Source: Setoptus koraiensis
Taxonomy: Eukaryota; Animalia; Arthropoda
Assembly: GCA_048013815.1 (NCBI GenBank)
Contig: CM106585.1
Span: forward strand, 12,586,001 to 12,650,000
Reading direction: 5' to 3'
DNA: 64,000 nt
The position numbers and the translations under genes are program-made. Shown here one piece after another: positions 39,501 to 48,976 of this stretch; positions within the stretch are counted from its first letter, which is position 1; each line of letters begins with the position of its first letter. The notes beneath the pieces are model-generated. The model did not search any database, was not told the origin of the DNA, and saw nothing but the letters and a program-made list of their open reading frames with translations.

Positions 39501-40559
39501 GATTTGGGCGAGAAAGTTCGCGAGAACAAATTACCGATTGAATCTTATATGATTAGTAAGCAGTTGAACAGGAATCCCGAAGATTACCGAGACACCAAAG
39601 GCATGGGACATGTTATGGTGGCTGTCCGTCATAATCAAGATGCAAGAAAGGCGAAAAAGATGAAAATCGGCGACACTGTTCAGTACATAGTCTGTGATGA
39701 TGGTACTCAGCGACCAGCCAACCAAAGGGCCTACTTACGGGACGAGATGGAAGAGAATCCTACATTGAAGGTCGACATTGACTATTATCTATGTCTTCAG
39801 ATACACCCAGTTGTCACTAGATTATGCGAACCGTTCTCATCCACGAACGCTTACATATTGGCTGAAATGCTAGGCGTCGAAAAAAGTACCTCGCTCCATC
39901 TGCCTCGTATCGAAAGCAAGGTGGTTCAGCAGGAAGCTGCCACCTCCAAGGGAGATTCCAGGTATATTTCATGTAAACCGTTGAGCATTCAGTGTCCACG
40001 TTGTTCGCAATCTTTAATAATCCACAACAAGCTTAAGAACTTGACCAGTGAAGAAGTATCTGCCCGTGCTACGGAACTCGGAGTTAAAGAGATAGATGTG
40101 AGAAAATTCAAGTATCCTCTTCAATCATGCGAGCACTGTCAATACAAGCTCACTTTGGACAGAAACAATATTCACAAACAGTTGCTGATTACCATACGAG
40201 ATGTTACTAGTGACTTCTACAACAGTTGGTATGTATGCGAGGACCCTAGCTGCCTGGCGCGTAGTAGAAATTTGTTTGCTAAAGAAAGTTCTGAAGGTGG
40301 ACTGCTTTGCGACGAATGTGAGAATTCAACAATGAGACCGGAAATATCTACAGCCGAACATGATTTGCAATTGAAGTTTTTTAGATACTTATTGGATATT
40401 CACCGCGAACAGGAAGACCTGAAGGATGTGGACAAACCATCAGAGGAATTGTTAGCTTTGTATGATAAATGTAGGCGAGAGGTGGAGTTTGTGCTCAATT
40501 GGAGTGAGTACAACACAATTGATCTTACAAAATTATGGCGACATTTGAGTGTTAAATAA
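36558..40559 (+). CDS. POLA1: DNA polymerase alpha catalytic subunit, 1333 aa, intronless
   Basis: Family B motifs DFNSLYPSIIQEYNICF, KLTANSMYGCLG, VIYGDTDSLMI and KKKNYA; exonuclease-like DPDLVVGHDI; C-terminal Cys clusters (CPRC...CEHC, CEDPSC...CDEC); CIP-box-like DDVLQSLL near the N-terminus. Start context is atcaccATGG with an in-frame TAA four codons upstream. Confidence 0.97.
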   Translation: MEDKEVPLRKRKPVELDPRQPCIKSFRGKSSSKPSAQYSTDEDDVLQSLLSSMKQTPKPPVYSCPSYQPKLSKPKSTDLQYKSSVKYNNPRLEESKKTYGSSSDGQKLSRASADFDALCASPNKRQRLSSPDPYFDAMDDSLDGLLSEKANNLNLTGMHRQLDPTQELAAIDDANDNIVTAPLSEDIRKDLEFVTDPATGGQHINFYWYDCTEDSYRNPGVVYLFGRVYATSIKQYVSCCVIVRNLKRTCYLLRRKTLDDEGSVEVTHDDVVDEFKSLYAKKLKISEFACKEVQKLYAFDKEGVPTTGDYVELTYSSRQPTIPPETKGRTFSHVLNLQQSCVEKLILDLKLRGPCWLKIQEPVSSSPPMTWARIEIILNNPEFLTVHEDLNLKQPYLSLLSISMRTYSNPITKQNEIIAISGIFNKAFYLDKCLSQKDKISGHFCVLAKPPSNRELKIPYDFPMALKRYNKTRLEYVDSERDLITKFLENFMQIDPDLVVGHDILNFDYETLIFRMKSLKVGTWSKLGRIKRTELPTSKNALKSMFTGRLICDVRTSTMELIKARSYDLTELTSHVLKKTRIEYSQADIVESFKSSEGLIRLINATMQDNDFIFSIMVELNVIPLALKITAVTGHIMSRTLMGGRSERNEYLLLHAFHEKGYICPEKFWTSNVKNAQKLNKDEKTDENEADDEKQAQNGPIRKKAAYAGGLVLEPKVGYYNNFILLMDFNSLYPSIIQEYNICFSTIKPVIKDDQDGEQIANLPDDLDLSPAGILPSELKKLVDRRKQVKESIKCAKNPDQALMLDIEQKAIKLTANSMYGCLGFEHSRFYAKHLASLVTFKGREILMSTKALVEKLGHEVIYGDTDSLMINTNLSVYDEVISKGIAIKMEINKTFRLLEIDIDGVYRPLLLLKKKNYAGLAVKKLDNGEFSTTQETKGLDTVRRDRAVIAKEAGEHVLKEILSTDKESDTIMDNIHNYLKDLGEKVRENKLPIESYMISKQLNRNPEDYRDTKGMGHVMVAVRHNQDARKAKKMKIGDTVQYIVCDDGTQRPANQRAYLRDEMEENPTLKVDIDYYLCLQIHPVVTRLCEPFSSTNAYILAEMLGVEKSTSLHLPRIESKVVQQEAATSKGDSRYISCKPLSIQCPRCSQSLIIHNKLKNLTSEEVSARATELGVKEIDVRKFKYPLQSCEHCQYKLTLDRNNIHKQLLITIRDVTSDFYNSWYVCEDPSCLARSRNLFAKESSEGGLLCDECENSTMRPEISTAEHDLQLKFFRYLLDIHREQEDLKDVDKPSEELLALYDKCRREVEFVLNWSEYNTIDLTKLWRHLSVK

Positions 40560-40735
40560 AAGGCCCAACTTGACATGATATCCATCTGAATATAATACCA
40601 ATTACCCGTATACATATTAAATCTTGCTTTTATTCAATTCAAACTAAAAAACAAATACCCAGCCGCGTCTGAGGAAATCCATGAGTCTTGTGCAATCATC
40701 TGAATTTATTGATGTTGAACGCTTATAGGGATCTT

Positions 40736-41005
40736 CTATTTTCCTGACTTGGAATCCTCGACTTCCTCTTTTACTGTCTTGGTGACCTTATAACTGATGT
40801 TAGTTGCTCCCGTCGGACCTTTTGTCACTATATGACTCATGGTCACATGGGGTGGATATTTGAGATTCTTCATTTTGCTTGAATCGTAAGTTGGCAATTT
40901 CTCTGTTTGAACAATCGTCAACGGCATGAGAAGTCGCTCATCAACACCTAGACGCTTTATGCAAGCTTTACAAATAACGGCTAACTTAACATCATCGATG
41001 GACAT
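40736..41005 (-). CDS. Small hypothetical protein (89 aa) with a single CxxC
   Basis: Non-repetitive ORF with start context accaccATG, similar to that of POLA1. It is convergent with POLA1, with stop codons 176 bp apart. No family recognised. Confidence 0.5.
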   Translation of the reverse strand: MSIDDVKLAVICKACIKRLGVDERLLMPLTIVQTEKLPTYDSSKMKNLKYPPHVTMSHIVTKGPTGATNISYKVTKTVKEEVEDSKSGK

Positions 41006-41446
41006 GGTGGTGGTTATGATTTGATGGTGATAGATATGGGTGGATATCTATTTCAATTGAATTTATATGATAAAAGGCTTTGAATCCAGCTTAATTCTAG
41101 ATACAAAGAATATTGTCAGTCACTAATACTACAACTTACAAGCAAAAAACTACAAATTATACACTGATATGTCGCGCGCGATCATCAAGTAATATATCTA
41201 CGTTTAGTATACATATATAAGTTTTGATCTCGAGCGTTGGGTTTGTTGCAAAAGATGTTGTGATGGAATTGACACACGAATAATATAAAACAAGTATAGA
41301 AACAAGCTCTGTAGCTTGTCGGTTGAGTTGATGAGTATTCTGGGCATTGCTAGAGTATATGATTTGCATGCCATATGCTAAATATTATTTTATACGAATG
41401 ATTGCAACAATTATCATTCACTTGTTCATTATTTTTGAAATGTTTA

Positions 41447-41923
41447 CTAGGGAGAATACAGTCTAGCCCGTGTCTGTCTAACTCTTTGAGGAAATCTATG
41501 AGTCGGCTTCACCTCATCTGCATTGTTGCTGTTGGTTGTGGTGATGTTGTCGACGAAGGTGTTGGTGGTGATAGTGTGGTTAGTGGAGGTGGTGTTGTTA
41601 GGTGTGCTGGTGGTGGTGGTGGTTGTGGTGGTAGTGGCAGTGGAGGTGACAGTGGTGGTGTTAGTGGTTTCAACATCGTTAGTGTCAACAATGCTGTCGC
41701 TAGTCGAGTTGTTCGTAAGTTGGCTCTCGCGTGATTTACTTCTATTCGATTGACTAAAATTTGATAACAATTTACCGTAGTGTTCACCGTGAAAACATCT
41801 GAAGTGTGTACGACAATCTAACGGTGTCTCAAAAACTGTTCTACACATCAAACACCTGTAGACCATTTCGGCGACAATTATACCACTGGAATTGCAAACA
41901 ATTGATTTCGGATTACGATTCAT
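41447..41923 (-). CDS. Small protein with one C2H2 zinc finger and a Thr-rich tail (paralog A, ~158 aa from the shared ATG)
   Basis: YRCLMCRTVFETPLDCRTHFRCFH fits C-x2-C-x12-H-x4-H. The ATG at 41923 (aaaaatATGAATCGT) is shared with paralog B. The longer ORF from 42082 is frameshifted in B, so that upstream part is probably UTR. Confidence 0.6.
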   Translation of the reverse strand: MNRNPKSIVCNSSGIIVAEMVYRCLMCRTVFETPLDCRTHFRCFHGEHYGKLLSNFSQSNRSKSRESQLTNNSTSDSIVDTNDVETTNTTTVTSTATTTTTTTTTSTPNNTTSTNHTITTNTFVDNITTTNSNNADEVKPTHRFPQRVRQTRARLYSP

Positions 41924-42337
41924 ATTTTTGACACTAGATGTGGGCTTATCTGTAATGTGAAAATGATACTGTTGGTCTATTCTAATATGAGGCTGATGCA
42001 GATGCTGAGAAGAGGCCAGGTTTACATTATCGCGACCCCTTGACACGCTAGAGGCGGATGGAAGAGATGGATGTTGTATCATGTTGTATATGTTTACTGA
42101 AGACGAAAATAATCAAATAATTTATGAATTAGAATATCTGATCGTTTGGTAGTTGAGTATCTATTGATTTAATGCTTTATTTTAGTCAATTATAGTGAAG
42201 TTGTCAGTTGGGCTTAAGATAGTGAAAATGTAGAAAATGGCTCTGAGATTGGCAATCAACTGCAATTGACAGCCTTATGGAATGTCTCCATTGAGTGTTG
42301 TTATCGAGAGACACTCGCACAGAGAGGCACTGTGCTG

Positions 42338-42600
42338 CACAATTTTTAGCTTTCGTACAAATCCAAGTCACTGTGCTCACATTTAGCACTGCTTAATGCA
42401 GAGCGCAGAGGTGCGACTTTTGTTCTGGGTTATACTGAGAGCGCACATCTTTCACAAATGGGTAGACATGTCAGAATGAGGGTTGCAAAATTCAAAATCT
42501 GAAGCGCGAAAGTAGGCGATGGTACAAAGACCATACATACGTGATACCAAGCTACTGACCGGAAGTGAAGAAGGCGAACCAGGCAGCGGACCAGCGACCT
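42338..42600 (-). pseudogene. Decayed partial copy of the 3' part of the neighbouring ABCC gene
   Basis: 42554-42584 is identical over 31 nt to 45255-45285 (encodes AWFAFFTSGQ). The following TGG is TAG in the copy, and a 10-nt deletion (tgaggtccag) shifts the frame before VCMVF. A weaker colinear match of 42338-42378 to 44375-44405 covers the TVITIAHRLNTIM region. Confidence 0.8.
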
Positions 42601-42710
42601 CTGATAACCTGTTGTCATGATATTAATAAAATCGTTTGAGAGTTCCAAGTGGCTATTATGTTCTTGTTGAGGTCGCTACAAGAGTCCGAGTGAATGAGTG
42701 ATGGATTTAT

Positions 42711-43379
42711 TCACCCCCTCAATTCCCAACAGATATGGAATTTATCAAAAATATCCAGCACACCACTTCCCGTCAGCTCTGCGAATAATAATTGCGCATC
42801 TTTCCTCCAGGCTGGACATGTTGTGTATAAAATTATTTTCCGAACATTGAATAAGGTGGTGCATATCGAGTTGTGCCATTTTATCGAACAAAAATCGGGA
42901 ATTTCTTCCTTGATCTGGTCTGCATCCAAAACCTTGAATTCGCCCACAAATCTTTTCATGTTTGTTCTTAGATCTGGCTTGGATTCCCTGAATTGCTCGA
43001 ATTGCAACAAGTTCTCGATGGGACAGAATTTTTGGTACGCATTGCCATGCCCTATGATTTTATCGACATATTTGTTTACTCTTTTTATCCTCTCACTCTC
43101 AGCATGTGGCCCTAAGAGCTGAGCATTAAGGATATCGAGCGCAGGCTGAAGAATCTCGTCAAAAGAAAGCTGGTCTAAAGCAATCGCGCTTGAATTAGTT
43201 GGTCCTCCCTCTTGTCGTGGAGCGTTGGTGGTTGTGGTGTTGTTAGGTGTGCTGGTACTGTTGGTGATAGTGTTTGTGGACCCAGAGTCGTTGGTGTTAA
43301 CAGAGCTGGAGCTAGTCGCATTGTTCGTGACAATTTTGCGACTGGACCTGCGAACAATTGATTTCGGATTACGATTCAT
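42711..43379 (-). CDS. Hypothetical protein (222 aa), paralog B: shares its N-terminus with the zinc-finger ORF, lacks the finger and has an unrecognised globular C-terminus
   Basis: Starts MNRNPKSIV like paralog A. DNA homology to 41560-42180 includes the upstream region. The ~150 aa C-terminal part is non-repetitive (LDQLSFDEILQPALDIL...FHICWELRG). Confidence 0.6.
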   Translation of the reverse strand: MNRNPKSIVRRSSRKIVTNNATSSSSVNTNDSGSTNTITNSTSTPNNTTTTNAPRQEGGPTNSSAIALDQLSFDEILQPALDILNAQLLGPHAESERIKRVNKYVDKIIGHGNAYQKFCPIENLLQFEQFRESKPDLRTNMKRFVGEFKVLDADQIKEEIPDFCSIKWHNSICTTLFNVRKIILYTTCPAWRKDAQLLFAELTGSGVLDIFDKFHICWELRG

Positions 43380-44178
43380 ATTTTTGACACTACAGGTGGG
43401 CTTGTTAGTAGTGTGACACTGTTGGTTATTCTAATATGTGGCTTATGAAGATGCTGAGAAGAGGCCAGTCGTTGGTAAGGACCAAGATAAACAAATACTC
43501 AATAGTTTGTATGGCTGATCGTTTAGTATCGTTGAGTATCTAATTAGCGTGTGCTTTGACCAAGAGTAATGTCTTCACTAACCAGGAGTTAGATGTTATG
43601 TAACTATTTGGTGGCTGAATGCCACTGCCTCTTGTGTGTCACAAAATAAACAACACTAACACGCCAATGAAGCTGCGGTCAAAGTTCATCGGTGAATAAT
43701 CATCGCACTAAATATTTACCGACCAATTTGAAGCGCGGAAAGCGCGAGTCTCAGTTCGACCGAGATGGGCTCAAAGAGAATATCCACTCTCTGGCCTCAA
43801 TATCCACTCTCTAGCGACTCTCGTAATGCATGTGCCAACCAGCAGACTACCCTTAATAATGAATCCAAACTTATCAACGGCTCATGCGAGCCTCGTCTGT
43901 CAGTTCTAGCAGTGAATTGGGGCCTAAGCGAGACTAATTGCCAATTTAATAACCAGTGAAAATATTTTTAAGAACATTAGAACTTTGTTCGTCAACAACA
44001 ACAACAGCAACAACAACAACAACGACAATAACAACAGCGATAACAAGGCTTGATTAAGTTGAAAAGAGTTATTAATGGTTACAGTGATTCTAGCGAGTCT
44101 AGCCGAGTTGACAATATCCATCATTATGGTGCCTGTTGATGGTTGGCCAGAAAGGCGGAAAGGTAAGGTTTGGTTGGC

Positions 44179-47100
44179 TCATTGGTTGTTGCTGTTATTG
44201 TGCCTCCGTTTGTAGTTTCTTTCGGCCATTTTGCGCAGCCTATCAGCGGCTGGGCCCGTGTTGGCGGCCATGGTGGCCAGGTATCCGCCTTTGGTCAACA
44301 GAATGTGAGGTTCGTCGAATTCTTTCACCTGGCCGGCGTCCAGTACAAGAACGCGATCCGAATCCATAATTGTGTTTAGCCTATGGGCTATGGTAATCAC
44401 AGTGCAATGCCTAAACAATTCCCTGATTGTTTTCTGAATGAATTGATCCGTTTCGGGGTCGACATTTGCCGTGGCCTCATCCAATACGAGTATTCTGTTT
44501 CGGCGCAATATTGCCCGCGCCAAGCACATCAATTGTCGCTGGCCAACGCTAAAATTTTGCCCACCCTCGGACACTTTGGCGTCTAGGCCCCCCTCCAGGG
44601 ATAGGATGACCTTTTTGAGTTGCACCGACTCTAGCGATGACCAAATGGCCTGATCTGAGTACTCTTGAAACGGATCCAGATTTCGCCTGACGGGCCCGTT
44701 GAACAGAATGGGCTCCTGCGGTATGATTGAGATGGCCCGCCGGAGATCGCCCAGCCCGATGGTGTGTATTGGTATGTCGTCGATGATTATGGTGCCAGTG
44801 GGCTCTGTCATGCGAAACAGAGCGGCTATAATGGAGGACTTGCCCGCCCCTGTCCGGCCGACAATGCCAATTTTCTCCTTTTGTTTTATCTCGAAATTCA
44901 GCTCCTTCAGCACGGGCTCCTCGTCCTCGAAGTAGCTCAATGTCACATTGTCGAACACAATGTGACCCTTTTGGGGCCACTCGGGGGGCGGCTTCTTGCC
45001 GGGCTGGGACTCGTGCGCGGCCTCCTTGGACAGGAAGCTGTACTCTTTGATGCGCTTCACCGATGTCATGTGACTCTCGAGCTCAACCAGCTGCCGGATG
45101 CCCCACTGAAAGGGGCCCACAATAACGAGCGCCGACGAAATGGCCAGGCCGAGCTTGCTGCCGTTTAGCAGTGACGTGTTGATGGTGGTGGTGAGCACTA
45201 TTATAACGAACGATATGAACACCATACATATGAGGTCCAGCGTGACGCCCAGCCACTGACCGGAAGTGAAGAAGGCGAACCAGGCGACCGAGTGCTCGTC
45301 TTGGGCCAGGTCGAATTTGCGTATGAATTGCGACTGCACCTTAAACGATCTGATCGTTGTCAGACCGGACAGTGTCGTGGACAGGTGACTGAACACTTGA
45401 CTCCTAAGGATGCCCTCCATCTCTTTCAGCCGATTGATGGTTCTCAGGCACACTCGGCGCGCCAGCAGGGCTATCAAGATGAGCGCCAGAGCGGGTATGA
45501 CGTTGATGTAATCGACAACTATCACGGTGGCCACTATGCCCAGCGTCGAGGTGAATATCTCGAACACGTCGAAGGCGTTCTGGGGCAGCCGGTCGTCCAC
45601 TATGCCCATGTCTCGGCTGACGCGATTCAACAGGATGCCGATGGGGTTGAAATCGAAGAAGCTGATGGGCGCGTCTATGACGCTTCTGAACAGTTTGTTG
45701 TGCATATTCACCGAGGCCCGCATGCAGGCCACGAAGAACGTGGTGGTTCGAATGAGCACCGCCACGAACAGCACCAGTATGACTATTGCGTAAACGTAGC
45801 TGTTCTCGGTGACGCTCAGCTGGTCCGTCCAGGTGACGGGCACAAACGTCGTCGTGGCTGCTGCTGCTGTTGCCGCTGTTGTTGCCGCTGTTGTTGCCGC
45901 TGCTGTTGCGTTTCCGGCGGCGGTTGGCCCGCTTCCGGCCGCGGAGGCGGCCAGGCCCGCCGTGCGCCGCTCCTCCGTGTCGGTCCAGTAGCTGAGGTAA
46001 AAGTCGCTCCCGTTGAACAAGACCTGCGCCACGATGTTGCTAAAAAACACAAAGAGCAACAGCGTTATGCTCGACACGCACGCCAAATAGAACAGGTACG
46101 AGGCGCAGCCGACCTGCACCGCGTCCATGGTCTCCTTGGTCATCTTGCGCACGGGCGCCTCGCCGCGGATCTCGTCCAAATTGCGACTCTTGGCCTCCTG
46201 ATTCATGCCGTCGTCGGTGCCCGCGGCCGCTTGCACAATTTGATTGCCCGAATGCTTCGTAGAGGGCGTGTTAATGGAGGTGGTCAGGCCCTTTTTCGCG
46301 GGCGACCCCGAGTGCTGGAATGATGAAGCGACGCCGGCGGCCGCGCCCGCCGCACCGCCCGCGCCGGCCGTTGCCGCCAACGATTGGCCGCCCGCCGGAG
46401 TGTGCTCGCTCTCCGATTCGCTCCTGTTGAGGCCCTTGTTGAAGCCCATCAAATCCACCTGTTTGCTCAGGTCCTTGTACATGCCCAGCGCCAACTGGTG
46501 GCCGGAGTCCACAACGAGTATCTTGGTGGCGCCCTTGGCAAACTGGAGCTGATGAGTCACCAAAACAACAGTTTTACTCTTGAGATAATCCTTGATACAA
46601 TGCTCGAAAATGTGCTTCGCCACGGACGCGTCCACCGCGGACAGCGGATCGTCCAACAGGTAAATGTCTGCGTCTAGGTACAGCGCTCGGGCTAAATTGA
46701 CGCGCGCCTTTTGGCCGCCCGACAGCGAAATGCCCCGCTCGCCCACCAGTGTTTGGTCCGCTTGCGGAAACAGCTCAATGTCCTTGTTGAGGGCGCACGC
46801 TTGCAGCACCCGCTCAAACTTGGTGGCGTCGTACTCCTTGCCGAACAGTATATTTTCGCGCACGGTGCCCGCAAATATCCACGCCTCTTGCGACGCGTAA
46901 GATATTTTGCCGTCGATCAGCAGGTCGCCCGACACAATGGGCAGCTCGCCCATGAGAGTCATGAGTATGGACGATTTGCCCGAGCCCACGCGGCCCACAA
47001 TCACTAGCAGCTCGCCGGGCCGCACGGTGAAATTGAGTCCCGACAGGGACAGGGCGGTGGCGTTGCTGCGCTCGTACAGGTCGTCCGCGATCCACGCGGC

Positions 47101-48976
47101 CGAAATTTCGCGCGCCTCAATACCGAGCGGCTCCGGGCCGCTGTCGGCGGGCTGTTCCGGTGCGGCGGGCTCCGTTGGCTCGTCCAGCGATATGAGCCTC
47201 TCGTCGGCGGCAAGCTTGCCGGGCGCCGGGCCGCGTGCCTGGCGCGTGTTCAGGTACTTGATTTTGGACTCCTTGGGCTGCTCGCCCAGCACCAGGAAGG
47301 TCTGCGATTCGCGACACGGGAGACGAGCGTGGGAGACGAGCGTGGGAGATGTATGAGTATGAATATACGAGTATGCATATGAGAGTATGAATATACGAGT
47401 ATGCATATAAGAGTATGCATATAAGAGTATGAATATATGAGTATGGATATATGAGTATGGATATATGAGTATGGATACATAAGCATGGGAGACGACGGTC
47501 AGGAGGATGCGTCAGGAGGGGAGATGCGGCCGAAAGGCGCGGCCGGACGCGGGCACTCACCTCGAGCCGGTCGCACGAGACCACGAGCTCCGCTATGGAG
47601 GCCACGGCGAAGGGGAAAAAGAAGGTCATGTTGAGCCGGAGCGACTCGAGCAGCGTTATGGTGACAAAGGCCGCCTCGGCGGTCAACTGGTAGCCCATGA
47701 GCACGAAGGTGATGAGACAGATCAATATGATCAATTTGGCGGATATGAAATATAGCGCCTCGTTGATGGAGGTCAGTATGACCCTGTAGCGGATCCATTT
47801 GACCTCGCGGCGCCTCGCCAGGTCCACCAGTTTTGCAAACGATTTCTCCCAGGCGTACATTTTGATTACTCGCATGGCGGGTATTATTTCGTTCATCAAT
47901 CTGATGCGCTCGTCCGTTCTGATGGCCGTCTTTTCTCTGATTGTGCCAAACCATTTGCCCATTAATGCCTGAAACGGTAAATACAACAAGAATACACTAA
48001 ATCCGGCCAACGTGGGCGCCAGGCCCAGATAATATTGTGACAACAGCACAACTATTATGATTGCCTGCAATGGGGCCACTATGAGATAGGGTATGAACAC
48101 TAGGCCAAAGTCGAAACGGTTGACATCGTTAGAGATCAAGTTGACTATTTGTCCCACTGTTGTGTTGCTCATGGCCGCCTTACTTAAACGGAGTGACTTT
48201 TGAAATATCAAACTACAACTGGCTACTCTCAATTTCATGCCTAAATGTTGAACACAGAAAAAATATGGATGGACAGTAAGGGAAACAATCAATGTGGCCC
48301 CTATAACCAGCAGGCCCTCTATGAATATTCTCCAATATAATTGATTTAAGACAGTGGCGTCGCCCTGCTCTATCAGGCTGTAATATTCTGTGACATCCTG
48401 AATTAATTGGCCCAATATTATCGCTTGCAACGGGGACATAATACAATGCGACACTATCAACCAAATCCACGACATCAAAAACCAGAATGTGTGCTGCCTG
48501 AGAAACACCCTCAACAAATTTGGTTTGCGCTGGTGGCCGGCCATAGTGCTCTTCCGGGCCAAATTGACCTCTTTGTACCAGTCCACTTGCAATTGGGCCC
48601 CCAAATCCGTGGAGTCGTCCTCTTTGGCATTGCCAAACAGATCGTCTATGTCTAAGTTGCGCTTAAATCCCACCTTTATCAATGGCGATATCCAGAAGAA
48701 GGTGATATATTTTGATATAAGCGACGCCGAATCATACGGGCAAGGCCTGGATAAAAAGTTTATCCTTTTAGTGGTGAGTTTTGAAGCTAAATCCTCGTCC
48801 TCGGCATCGTCCACGGGCTCCTGTTGATATGTGGATTTTTTGGGCTTTTTCTTTTCATCGAGGCCAACACTAACCACGTACGCGTCTTCCTGGCTGATGG
48901 ATTTTGTCGAAGACGACGGACTGCTCTTGTTGGCGTTTTTTTCGTCATCACTAGAGGAATTGTCATGTTTGGACAT
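44179..48976 (-). CDS. ABC transporter subfamily C (MRP4/ABCC4-like, no TMD0), ~1512 aa
   Basis: Exons 48976-47561 and 47301-44179, with one 259-bp phase-0 intron (GAG|GTGAGT ... TCGCAG|ACC). NBD1: GRVGSGKS, LSGGQ, IYLLDDPLSAVD, VTHQ. NBD2: GRTGAGKS, FSVGQRQL, ILVLDEATANVD, IAHR. TMD motifs include RTDERIRLMNEII..MRVIKMYAWE and FFDFNPIGILLNRVSRD. Confidence 0.96.
47310..47482. repeat. Intronic minisatellite: ~9 copies of a 14-bp unit (GAGTATGVATATNN) plus 2-3 copies of a 13-bp unit (GGGAGACGAGCGT)
   Basis: Units read directly: gagtatgaatatac, gagtatgcatatga, gagtatgcatataa, gagtatggatatat and others. The repeats fill most of the single ABCC intron. Confidence 0.9.

Noticed and set aside
41924-42083. 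N-terminal extension of paralog A from the ATG at 42082
   Set aside because: The homologous DNA upstream of paralog B has a net 7-nt indel, so the region behaves as UTR. The shared ATG at 41923 is preferred.
47117-47560. ORF-track extensions of ABCC (YSYIHT repeats at the end of the 619-aa ORF and the start of the 1075-aa ORF)
   Set aside because: These are translations of the intronic 14-bp minisatellite. Canonical splice sites remove them and restore the ABCC alignment.
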